A DNA stretch of 64,000 bases, taken from assembly GCA_963838745.1 (NCBI GenBank), contig CAWISJ010000004.1, forward strand, positions 56,571-120,570, written 5' to 3'. A model generated the notes under the pieces. That model saw only the letters and a list, made by a program, of their open reading frames with translations. It made no database searches and was not told where the DNA came from. Within the stretch, counting starts at the first letter, position 1, and each line of letters opens with the position of its first letter. Shown piece by piece: positions 8,443 to 16,404 of the stretch. The stretch is from an uncultured Actinomycetes bacterium (GTDB taxonomy: Bacteria > Actinomycetota > Thermoleophilia > Solirubrobacterales > 70-9). Position numbers and translations under genes: made by a program.

Positions 8443-10506
8443 TCAGGCGCTGACCGCGCGCTTGTACCGCCGGACGCTGACGAAGGAGAAGACCACGCTC
8501 AACCCGATCGACCAGAGGACGGCACCCCAGATGCTGTTGCCCGCCGGGTCGCCGATCCACAGTGCCCGCATCGCGTCCACCGCGATCGTGAAGGGATTCA
8601 CCTCGGCGAACTGCCGAAGGCCGTCGGGGAGGGTCTCGATGGGCACGAATGCGGACGAGATGAAGGTGAGCGGGAAGATGACCATGAAGCCGATCGCCTG
8701 CGCCGCCTCGGCCGAGGATGCGAGCAGAGCAAAGAGCGCGAAGATCCAGGAAAACGCGTAACCGAACAGGAGCATCAGCCCGACCCCGGCGGCGATCTCG
8801 ATGAAGCTCGCGTCGAAGGAGAAGCCGATGATCAGGCCGACGGCCACCATGACCGCGATCGACAGCAGGTTGGTCGCCACGTCCGCGAGCGTCCGGCCCG
8901 CGAGCACGGCCCCACGCGACATCGGCAGGGAGCGGAAGCGGTCGATCAGCCCCTTCTTCAGGTCGTCCGCGAGGCCGATCGCGGTGACGAAGCCGCCGAA
9001 GAACATCGTCTGGACGATCAGGCCCGGGATCAGGAAGTCGACGTAATCGTGACCCGGCGTCTGGATCGCGCCGCCGAACACGTAGTTGAACAGCAGCACG
9101 AACATCAGCGGCTGCAACGTGAAGGAGATCAGCAGGTCAGGGGCGCGGGGAATGCGGCGGAGGTTCCGCACGCCGAGCACCAGCGTGTCCGAGAGCGCAT
9201 AGCGGACGGCGGTCATGCCGCCACCTCCTCGCGTTTCGCCGTCCTCAGGCGCTGCCGCGTGGCCGGTGAGGACGATGAAGACGTCATCGAGCGTCGGGCG
9301 CCGCACCGAGATGTCGTCGATGCCGACCCCGACCCCGTCCAGGCGCCTGACCGCCTCAGCCATGATCCCGTTGCGGCCGCGGATCTGCATCCGCACCACC
9401 CCGTCCTCCGCGACCGGGCGCTCCTGGCACATCGCCGCCAGCGCCGCGACTGCGGCCTCGGCCTCCGCCGGCTTTGCGAGCTTGACCTCGAGGCCCTCGC
9501 CACCGACGCGGTCCTTGAGCTCGTCCGATGTGCCCTCCGCGATCACGCGCCCCTGGTCGATGACCGCGATCCGGTCGGCCAGGCGGTCGGCCTCGTCGAG
9601 GTACTGGGTCGTCAGCAGCACCGTGGTCCCGGCTGCAACCCGCTCCTCGATCGTCCTCCACAGTCCCAGCCGGCTGACCGGGTCGAGGCCCGTGGTGGGC
9701 TCGTCGAGGAAGACGACGGGCGGGCGCGCCAGGAGCGCTGCGGCGAGGTCGAGGCGCCGGCGCATGCCGCCCGAATAGGTGCGGACCAGGCGGTCCGCGG
9801 CCTCCGTCAGATCGAAGGTCTCGAGCAACTCCGCCGCCCGCTCGCGGGAGACGTGGGTGCCGAGGTGGTAGAGACGGCCGACCATTTCGAGGTTCTCGCG
9901 GCCGGTGAGGTTCTCGTCGACGGCCGCGTATTGGCCCGCGAGCCCGATCTGCGAGCGCACCGCCGCCGCGTCCTTGACGACGTCGAGGCCGGCGACGCGC
10001 GCGCTGCCTGCGTCGGGCTGAAGCAGCGTGGTCAGGATGCGCACGGCGGTCGTCTTCCCCGCGCCGTTCGGTCCCAGGAGGCCGAGGACGGTGCCCGCCG
10101 GAACGCTGAGGTCCACGCCGGCGAGCGCCTGGACCTTTCCGAATGACTTCTCCAGCCCTTGGGCCTCGATCGCGCCGCTGCCTGCCATTGCCCGCAAGCT
10201 AGCGAGTCGGGTATCCCGACTCGATCCCAGCCGGCCGTTGCCTGCCTCATCGGTTGTCCGTTGGCCGGGCATCAGCCGAGGATGGGCTCCGAACAGCTCG
10301 GCCCGCAGCGTCGCGATCTCGGTCACCGCCGCGGTCACGAAGTGGTGGCGCCAGGCGTCGATCTCCGCCTCGAGGTCCTCCATGTAGGCGTCGATGTCGG
10401 CGACGCCGGTGCTGAGGGCGAGCGCGCGCTCCGCCTCCAGCTCGCTGACATGATCACGCGCCTCGGCGGCTGTCAGAACCTGTGCCTGGATCTCGTCGTG
10501 GAACAT
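8443..10506 (-). CDS. ABC-2 type exporter: DrrA-like ATPase and DrrB-like permease in one uninterrupted frame, plus a 106-codon N-terminal extension
   Basis: The ATPase part runs 10188-9217 (GPNGAGKTT, LSGG-like YSGGMRRRL, VVFLDEPTTGLD). The permease part runs 9216-8443 (6 hydrophobic segments). No stop codon separates the parts. An internal SD-plus-ATG (AGGAGGTGGCGGCATG) sits at 9216. Confidence 0.6.
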   Translation of the reverse strand: MFHDEIQAQVLTAAEARDHVSELEAERALALSTGVADIDAYMEDLEAEIDAWRHHFVTAAVTEIATLRAELFGAHPRLMPGQRTTDEAGNGRLGSSRDTRLASLRAMAGSGAIEAQGLEKSFGKVQALAGVDLSVPAGTVLGLLGPNGAGKTTAVRILTTLLQPDAGSARVAGLDVVKDAAAVRSQIGLAGQYAAVDENLTGRENLEMVGRLYHLGTHVSRERAAELLETFDLTEAADRLVRTYSGGMRRRLDLAAALLARPPVVFLDEPTTGLDPVSRLGLWRTIEERVAAGTTVLLTTQYLDEADRLADRIAVIDQGRVIAEGTSDELKDRVGGEGLEVKLAKPAEAEAAVAALAAMCQERPVAEDGVVRMQIRGRNGIMAEAVRRLDGVGVGIDDISVRRPTLDDVFIVLTGHAAAPEDGETRGGGGMTAVRYALSDTLVLGVRNLRRIPRAPDLLISFTLQPLMFVLLFNYVFGGAIQTPGHDYVDFLIPGLIVQTMFFGGFVTAIGLADDLKKGLIDRFRSLPMSRGAVLAGRTLADVATNLLSIAVMVAVGLIIGFSFDASFIEIAAGVGLMLLFGYAFSWIFALFALLASSAEAAQAIGFMVIFPLTFISSAFVPIETLPDGLRQFAEVNPFTIAVDAMRALWIGDPAGNSIWGAVLWSIGLSVVFSFVSVRRYKRAVSA
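10204..10222. promoter_or_regulatory. Perfect 8-bp stem / 3-nt loop inverted repeat GAGTCGGG-TAT-CCCGACTC
   Basis: Lies 15 nt upstream of the ATPase Met codon (10188), in a stretch where GC3 drops. Confidence 0.4.
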
Positions 10507-10673
10507 GATCCAATAAAGCTCCCATGGACACCGACCGTCCGAAATACGGCTAGCTGGCGTTCCGAGGTGGGGTTAACCGGAACTCGATTTCGCGCCATCG
10601 CCAACTGAGACCCCCGGGCGCGACCAGAATCATCGGTTCAGCTTGGACACGAGACCGGCCGAAAGGAGAGGCG

Positions 10674-11462
10674 ATGGGAAAGAGGACGACGTACGACCGT
10701 GGGACGTTCTGCTGGGCCGACCTGGGCACCACCAACGCCGCGGACGCGAAGCGCTTCTACACCAGCTTGTTCGAGTGGGAGGCGGAAGACCTTCCCGACG
10801 CTGACGGCGCCGGCACGGCCTACACCATGTTCCGAGTTGACGGCGACCGAGTGGCGGGGCTCGCCGAGACCGCGCAGGAGGGTCGCCCGGCGTGGGACTC
10901 GTTCGTCTCGGTCGCGGACATCCAGGAGGTGACCAGCCGCGTCGAGGGCTTGGGCGGTGAGCTGAAGCGGGCGCCCAGCGAGGACGCCGGCGAGCACGGG
11001 CAGATCGCGATCGTCCACGACCCGACCGGGGCTCGCCTCGTTCTCTGGCAGCCCGGCACCGACGACGGCGCCGAGCGGGTGAACGAACCGGGCTGTCTGT
11101 GCTGGAACGAGCTGTCGACTCCGGACCCCGATGCGGCAGCGAGGTTCTACGAGGCGCTCTTCGGCTGGCGCTTCGATCCGATCGAGACCGGCCCCGGCGG
11201 GCCGGAGCTGATGGGGATCACCAACGCGGCGGGGTGGAAGAACGGCTCAACCAACAAGCTGGAGGGGGAGATGGCCGCGGTGCCGCCGAACTGGATGCCC
11301 TACTTCGGCGTCGGGTCCTGCCCTGATGCGGTCGCCCGGGCGGGCGAGACGGGCGCGCAGGTGGTCGTGGACACGCTCGAGATCCCGACCGGGCGTCTGG
11401 CGGTGCTGTGCGACCCGCAGGGCGCCGCCTTCGGGGTCGTCGACGGCGAGATGGACCCGTAG
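10674..11462 (+). CDS. Two-domain VOC (glyoxalase/bleomycin-resistance/dioxygenase) family protein
   Basis: 262 aa with duplicated modules (FCWADLGT...FYTSLFEWE and LCWNELST...FYEALFGWRF). SD is GAAAGGAGAG. Confidence 0.75.
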   Translation: MGKRTTYDRGTFCWADLGTTNAADAKRFYTSLFEWEAEDLPDADGAGTAYTMFRVDGDRVAGLAETAQEGRPAWDSFVSVADIQEVTSRVEGLGGELKRAPSEDAGEHGQIAIVHDPTGARLVLWQPGTDDGAERVNEPGCLCWNELSTPDPDAAARFYEALFGWRFDPIETGPGGPELMGITNAAGWKNGSTNKLEGEMAAVPPNWMPYFGVGSCPDAVARAGETGAQVVVDTLEIPTGRLAVLCDPQGAAFGVVDGEMDP

Positions 11463-11477
11463 CCGGCCTGGGAAGAC

Positions 11478-11828
11478 TCAGTCGAGCCCTGGCCGGGACG
11501 CGTCGAGCTGCCCGGCCGCGTCGAGAATCGTCGCCAGCAGGCCGGGGAACCGGGCCTCGAGGTCTTCGCTCCGCAGCGTATTGAGGCGCGCCGTGCCTTC
11601 CTGGCGCTGGCGGATGACGCCGGCCTCGCGCAGGACCTTGAAGTGATGGGTACAGGTCGACTTCGTCACCGGGACGTCGAAGCTTCCGCAGGTCGGCTCG
11701 CTGTCGGCGTCGGCGAGGGCACCGACGATCTTCAGACGCACGGGGTCGCTGAGCGCGTGGAGGACCGAGCCGAGCTCGATCTCGGAACGGCTTGGGTGGG
11801 TGATCTCTTCGGTGGTCTCGACAAGCAT
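11478..11828 (-). CDS. ArsR-like HTH transcriptional regulator
   Basis: LHALSDPVRLKIVGAL...STCTHHFKVLREAGVI. Start set at Met 11828. The alternative is 11855. The 11945 start abuts the MFS start codon (11946), leaving no divergent intergenic/promoter space. Confidence 0.7.
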   Translation of the reverse strand: MLVETTEEITHPSRSEIELGSVLHALSDPVRLKIVGALADADSEPTCGSFDVPVTKSTCTHHFKVLREAGVIRQRQEGTARLNTLRSEDLEARFPGLLATILDAAGQLDASRPGLD

Positions 11829-11841
11829 CGCTATGGATGAT

Positions 11842-11890
11842 TGTACGACGATCATCGTACATTTGCTAAGGTACGGCAACCATCGTACAA
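11842..11890. promoter_or_regulatory. Candidate operator: 20-bp imperfect palindrome plus a third half-site
   Basis: TGTACGAcGA.TCaTCGTACA occupies 11842-11861. ATCGTACAA repeats at 11882-11890. The region lies between the divergent regulator and MFS genes. Confidence 0.45.
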
Positions 11891-11945
11891 CTTTCGACAA
11901 CCGACGCCCGCATGAGCCACGAAATGAGGACCCGGGAGACCGCAC

Positions 11946-13454
11946 ATGACTGAAGCCGTCGCATCGATCGGCCGAATCACGCAGGGGCCGCAGGAGAGCG
12001 AACGTACGCGCTGGATCGCGCTCTACGTCCTGTGCGTCGGCATGCTGATGATCATCCTCGACTCGACGATCGTCAACGTAGCGCTGCCCTCGATCAAGAG
12101 CGATCTCGGCTTCTCACAGTCGAGCCTCGCCTGGGTCGTGAACGCCTACCTGATCCCGTTCGGCGGCCTCTTGCTGCTGGCCGGGCGACTCGGCGACCTG
12201 ATCAGCCGCAGAGGCGTCTTCCTGGTCGGCCTCGGCGTCTTCACCGGCGCCTCGCTGCTGTGCGGCGTCGCCCAGAGCCAGGAGGTGCTGATCGGAGCGC
12301 GCTTCGTCCAGGGGGCAGGCGGGGCGCTCACCTCCGCAGTGATCCTGGGGATGATCGTGACCATGTTCCCGGAGCCGCGGGACCAGGCGAAGGCGATCGG
12401 CGTCTACAGCTTCGTTGCCTCCGCGGGGGCCTCGATCGGGCTGCTGGCCGGTGGGGTGCTCACGGAGGGCCTCAACTGGCACTGGATCTTCTTCGTCAAC
12501 CTGCCGATCGGTGTCGCCACGGCCCTGCTGGCGTTGCGCCTGCTCGAACGCGACAAGGGCATCGGATTCGGGCACGGGGCGGACGTCCTCGGCGCAGCGC
12601 TCGTCACCGCATCCCTGATGCTGCTCGTCTACACGATCGTCGAGGCGGCCGATTACGGCTTGGGGTCCACGCACACGCTCGGGTTCGGCTCCGCGGCGCT
12701 CGCGCTCGGTGTCGCCTTCATCGCTCGTGAAGGGCGCACCTCGAACCCGCTGATCCCATTGCGCATCTTCCGCTCACGCAATGTCGCGGGAGCGAATCTG
12801 ATCCAGATGCTGATGGTCGCCGGATTGTTCGGGATGTTCTTCCTCGGCAGCCTTTACCTCGAGCGGGTGCTCGGCTACGACGCGCTGGACATCGGACTCG
12901 CGTTCCTGCCGGTGGCCTTGCTGATCGGCGTGCTCTCGCTTGGCTTCTCCGCGCGGCTGAACATGCGGTTCGGCGCCAGGGCGACCCTGGTCCCCGGTCT
13001 CGTCCTGGTGGCAATCGGCCTCATGCTGTTCGCGCGGGTTCCCGTCGACGCCGGCTACGTGCCCGACATCCTCCCGACGATGATCCTGTTCGGCCTCGGC
13101 GCCGGGCTCGCCTTCCCGTCGCTGGCGACGCTCGCGATGTCAGGCGCCACCCGCAGTGATTCGGGCCTGGCCTCGGGTCTCGTGAACACAAGCCTGCAAG
13201 TCGGTGGGGCGCTCGGCCTGGCCGTGCTCGCCACGCTGTCGACGACGCGCAGCGACACCCTGCTCGCCAGCGGTGAATCCACGGCCTCGGCTCTCACCGA
13301 CGGCTATCAGCTGGCGTTCGTGATCGGCGCCGGACTCGTGCTCGCCGCGATCGGTGTCGCCCTCGCGGTGCTCCGTCCCGAGGCCGCAATTGAGGCCGAG
13401 CAGGCCGAGGAACAGGCGGGCGAGATGGAGCCGGCGTACTCAGAGGCAGCCTGA
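11946..13454 (+). CDS. MFS transporter, DHA2 (EmrB/QacA, 14-TMS) type drug:H+ antiporter
   Basis: 502 aa with many hydrophobic segments and the motif LLLLAGRLGDLISRRGVF. Confidence 0.85.
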   Translation: MTEAVASIGRITQGPQESERTRWIALYVLCVGMLMIILDSTIVNVALPSIKSDLGFSQSSLAWVVNAYLIPFGGLLLLAGRLGDLISRRGVFLVGLGVFTGASLLCGVAQSQEVLIGARFVQGAGGALTSAVILGMIVTMFPEPRDQAKAIGVYSFVASAGASIGLLAGGVLTEGLNWHWIFFVNLPIGVATALLALRLLERDKGIGFGHGADVLGAALVTASLMLLVYTIVEAADYGLGSTHTLGFGSAALALGVAFIAREGRTSNPLIPLRIFRSRNVAGANLIQMLMVAGLFGMFFLGSLYLERVLGYDALDIGLAFLPVALLIGVLSLGFSARLNMRFGARATLVPGLVLVAIGLMLFARVPVDAGYVPDILPTMILFGLGAGLAFPSLATLAMSGATRSDSGLASGLVNTSLQVGGALGLAVLATLSTTRSDTLLASGESTASALTDGYQLAFVIGAGLVLAAIGVALAVLRPEAAIEAEQAEEQAGEMEPAYSEAA

Positions 13455-13485
13455 GAGCGCACAGACTCCAACGGAGGAGGACCCA

Positions 13486-13857
13486 ATGGCCAAATCACAG
13501 ACAGCGAGCGCACCAACAGCGAGCCAGCGGATCACGGAGGAGGTCACCTCCTGGCCGGGCGTGAAGGCCGGCATGGGCCGACGGGGAGAGTTCGGCTTCA
13601 GGGTCGGCCGCCGCGAGATCGGCCACCTGCACGGGGACCACGCCGCACACTTCTCCTTCCCAAAGGACCTCTGGGCCGAGCTGTACGAGCAGGGGAGGGT
13701 CGTGCATCACCCGGTCTTCCCGGGCAAAACGGGCCCCGCCGCGCGAAGGATCGAGAACGAGGCCGACATCCGCGACGTGATCGAGTTGCTGCGGCTCAAC
13801 TATGACCGCGCGGTGGCCCGCCACGGCGTGCCGACGCAGCCTCGCGCCACTACGTGA
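13486..13857 (+). CDS. Small conserved protein (luciferase-like / DUF5519-type)
   Basis: 123 aa, WPGV...FRVGRREIGHLHGDHAAHFSFP. Strong SD GGAGGAGGA 5 nt upstream of ATG 13486. Confidence 0.5.
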   Translation: MAKSQTASAPTASQRITEEVTSWPGVKAGMGRRGEFGFRVGRREIGHLHGDHAAHFSFPKDLWAELYEQGRVVHHPVFPGKTGPAARRIENEADIRDVIELLRLNYDRAVARHGVPTQPRATT

Positions 13858-14373
13858 ATCACAGGCACGAGGCCGTGGAGCTGACTAAGGCTCGTCGGTA
13901 AGCGTTCACAAATGATTGATTAGTGCGGGTTGAAATGGGTAGCTTCGATCCTCGAGTGACCTCGCTCGCCCACACCGAGCCAACCCCGGATGTCTCTGGT
14001 TTCAGGGCTCACGCCGGCGCCTACCTGATCGGCGCCGGTGCGACGTCGGCGCTCACCGCCGGCGCCCTCGTGGCTTTCCTCTCGATCGCGACGTTCATGG
14101 CCTTCAACGGGCTTCCGTTCGGCGGTTCGAGCTACGACGCCGGCGCCACGTACTTCTCGAAGACCAGCGCCCCGCCCGCGGACGCCGCCGCCGCACTCGG
14201 GGCGGCACCCACGGCGGTGGCGAAGGCTCCGCTCCCGGGCTTCCGCGGGGCCAGCGCAGCCACCAGGTCCGGCGGCGGTGACTACATCGGCGGCGCTTCC
14301 TACGGTGTCGCCTCGCCCTCCGGGCCGGGGCTCTCGATTCCGTCCGCGCCGCCGGGCACCGCTCCGCCGCCCG

Positions 14374-14961
14374 GTCGACGTGACCCCGCCCCCGATCGAC
14401 GTGACGCCGCCGCCGATCGACGTCACGCCGCCGCCGATCGACGTGACGCCGCCGCCGATCGACGTGACGCCGCCGCCGATCGACGTGACGCCGCCGCCGA
14501 TCGACGTGACGCCACCGCCGATCGACGTGACGCCGCCGCCGATCGACGTGACGCCGCCGCCGATCGACGTGACGCCGCCGCCGATCGACGTGACCCCGCC
14601 GCCGATCGACGTCACCCCGCCGCCGATCGACGTCACCCCGCCGCCGATCGACATCACGCCGCCGCCGATCGACATCACCCCGCCGCCGATCGACATCACC
14701 CCGCCGCCGATCGACATCACCCCGCCGCCGATCGACATCACCCCGCCGCCGATCGACATCACCCCGCCGCCGATCGACATCACCCCGCCGCCGATCGACA
14801 TCACCCCGCCGCCGATCGACATCACCCCGCCGCCGATCGACATCACCCCGCCGCCGATCGACGTGACGCCGCCCCCGGTGACCATCACGCCGCCGCCGGT
14901 GACCATCACGCCGCCGCCGGTCGACATCACCCCGCCGCCGATCGACATCACCCCGCCGCCG
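14374..14961 (+). repeat. 28 head-to-tail copies of a 21-bp unit (ATCGAC[GTG/ATC]AC[G/C]CCGCCGCCG)
   Basis: Counted directly: 13 V-type units (14374-14646), 10 I-type units (14647-14856) and 5 mixed units. More degenerate units follow to about 15120. Confidence 0.95.
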
Positions 14962-15253
14962 ATCGACCATCACCCCGCCGCCGGTGACCATCACGCCGCC
15001 CCCGGTGACCATCACGCCGCCGCCGGTGACCATCACGCCGCCCCCGGTCGACACCCCGCCGCCGGTGACCATCACTCCGCCCCCGGTCGACACCCCGCCG
15101 GTGCCGGCGCCGCCGGGAGGCATTGCTCCGCCCCCGGTCGACGCCCCGCCGGTGCCCGCGCCGCCAGAGACGGCTCTACCGCCAGTCGACATTTCGCCCG
15201 CGCCCGCTCCGCCGGCGACTCCGCCCGCGCCGGTCGACACTCCGCCGGCGCCG

Positions 15254-15379
15254 GTCGACACGCCGCCCGCGCCCGCTCCGCCGGCCACCCCGCCAGCCCC
15301 GGTCGACACGCCGCCCGCGCCCGCTCCGCCGGCCACCCCGCCAGCCCCGGTCGACACCCCGCCCGCGCCCGCTCCGCCG
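15254..15379 (+). repeat. 48-bp tandem repeat, about 2.6 copies (VDTPPAPAPPATPPAP)
   Basis: GTCGACACGCCGCCCGCGCCCGCTCCGCCGGCCACCCCGCCAGCCCCG occurs at 15254 and 15302, identical. A partial third copy starts at 15350. Confidence 0.85.
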
Positions 15380-15643
15380 GTCGACATCCCGCCGCCGGCC
15401 CCGCCCGCGTCCGGTCAGGCACCCGTCGCACCGCCGGTGAATCAGGCCCCGGGCAGCGGCCTGTCGGGCCCAACCATCCCCGTGAATCAGGCGGTCGGCG
15501 GCGCCCTGGGCGGCTAGTTCAGGGTTCGCTCCGACCACTCCAGCGCCACGTCCTGACGCGCCACGGGCGATCCGGCCGGTAGTCGGTCGCAGGTCCCGCC
15601 TCGGCGCCTGGCCGAACGATTGATGTTTATTCGCGCTCGTGGC

Positions 15644-15658
15644 GGTTACCTGGTAACC
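15644..15658. promoter_or_regulatory. Palindrome GGTTACC-T-GGTAACC just upstream of the HTH gene
   Basis: Perfect 7-bp arms ending 4 nt before ATG 15663. Confidence 0.3.
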
Positions 15659-15662
15659 AGCA

Positions 15663-16091
15663 ATGGACATCGGTCAGGGAAGTCAGGGGAAGTCCGTGGC
15701 GGGTTCGGATTCACCGGCGGTTGACGTAGCCGTAGCGGCGGAGCTGACCGGCCTCTCGAAGGATGCGATCCGCGCTCGCATCCGGCGCCAGGCCATAGCG
15801 TCGGACCTGCGCAACGGCCGTCACAGGATCCCGGTGTCGGAGCTGCATCGTCAGGGGCTACTCGTGGAGGGCGGTCGCTACGCGTCCCTACGCGATCAAG
15901 TCGGATCCCTCGAAGCTGAATTGCGTATAGCCATCGAGGCCCGTGAGCTCATGGAGCAGGAACTTCATGAGGCCCAGGCCACGGTGCGGTTGCTGTGGAC
16001 GAAAACCCGTCAGAGGGATCAGGAGCTGGCGAACATACGAGGGCAACGGCGGCGATGGCGGATTCGCTGGCCCCGCCGTCACAGGCGGTGA
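15663..16091 (+). CDS. Hypothetical HTH (excisionase/MerR-like) protein with coiled-coil and Arg-rich tail
   Basis: VAAELTGLSKDAIRARIRRQAI...GRHRIPVSEL followed by a heptad-like ELEAELRIAIEARELMEQEL. Confidence 0.5.
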   Translation: MDIGQGSQGKSVAGSDSPAVDVAVAAELTGLSKDAIRARIRRQAIASDLRNGRHRIPVSELHRQGLLVEGGRYASLRDQVGSLEAELRIAIEARELMEQELHEAQATVRLLWTKTRQRDQELANIRGQRRRWRIRWPRRHRR

Positions 16092-16092
16092 G

Positions 16093-16404
16093 GTGCTCGA
16101 TTCGGCCCGTGCCCGCGAGGTGCTGACGCGGGCCCGTTCCGTGCCCGCCGGCTTCGTCACCACGTACGGCGATCTGTCCCCCGGCGCCCCCCGCTTTGCG
16201 GGCGCGGTGATGGCGGCCTGCGAGGACCCAAACGTCCCGTGGCAGCGTGTGGTGCGTGCCGACGGCTCGCTTGCGAAGGGGGAGCGTCAGCGCCGGTTGC
16301 TCGAGGCAGAGGGCGTCCCCTTTCGAGGGGAGCGAGTCGACCTGCGGCTTGCCTGGTTCGCGATCGATGCCGCTGCGGGCGACGCTCCCGAAGGCGAGGA
16401 CTAG
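16093..16404 (+). CDS. MGMT-family DNA-binding protein, alkyltransferase-like (active-site Cys replaced by Trp)
   Basis: VPAGFVTTYGDLS...NVPWQRVV has PWQR where Ogt has PCHR. GTG 16093 lies 1 nt after the stop of the upstream gene. Confidence 0.7.
   Translation: MLDSARAREVLTRARSVPAGFVTTYGDLSPGAPRFAGAVMAACEDPNVPWQRVVRADGSLAKGERQRRLLEAEGVPFRGERVDLRLAWFAIDAAAGDAPEGED

Larger units (their letters stand above)
13935..15517 (+). pseudogene. Membrane-anchored proline-rich repeat protein, reading frame broken twice (or assembly indels)
   Basis: The N-terminus has one TM helix (frame of 13935). The PPPIDVT/PPPIDIT array starts at 14374 in the next frame (+1). The Pro-rich C-terminus from 14968 to stop 15515-15517 lies in the third frame. 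Confidence 0.6.

Noticed and set aside
10571-10578. GGTTAACC palindrome in the ABC/VOC divergent spacer
   Set aside because: It is only 8 bp with no extension or repeat, and is compatible with chance.
14374-14961. Possible CRISPR array
   Set aside because: The units are contiguous with no spacers, are only 21 bp long, and no cas genes are present.
13920-15387. Long minus-strand ORFs (343 and 427 aa) encoding GGGVMSI/GGGVTSI glycine-rich repeats, and the plus-strand RRDAAAD frame
   Set aside because: They are open only because of the 21-bp periodicity. Sequence variants between units are silent in the plus-strand PPPIDVT frame but amino-acid-changing in these frames.
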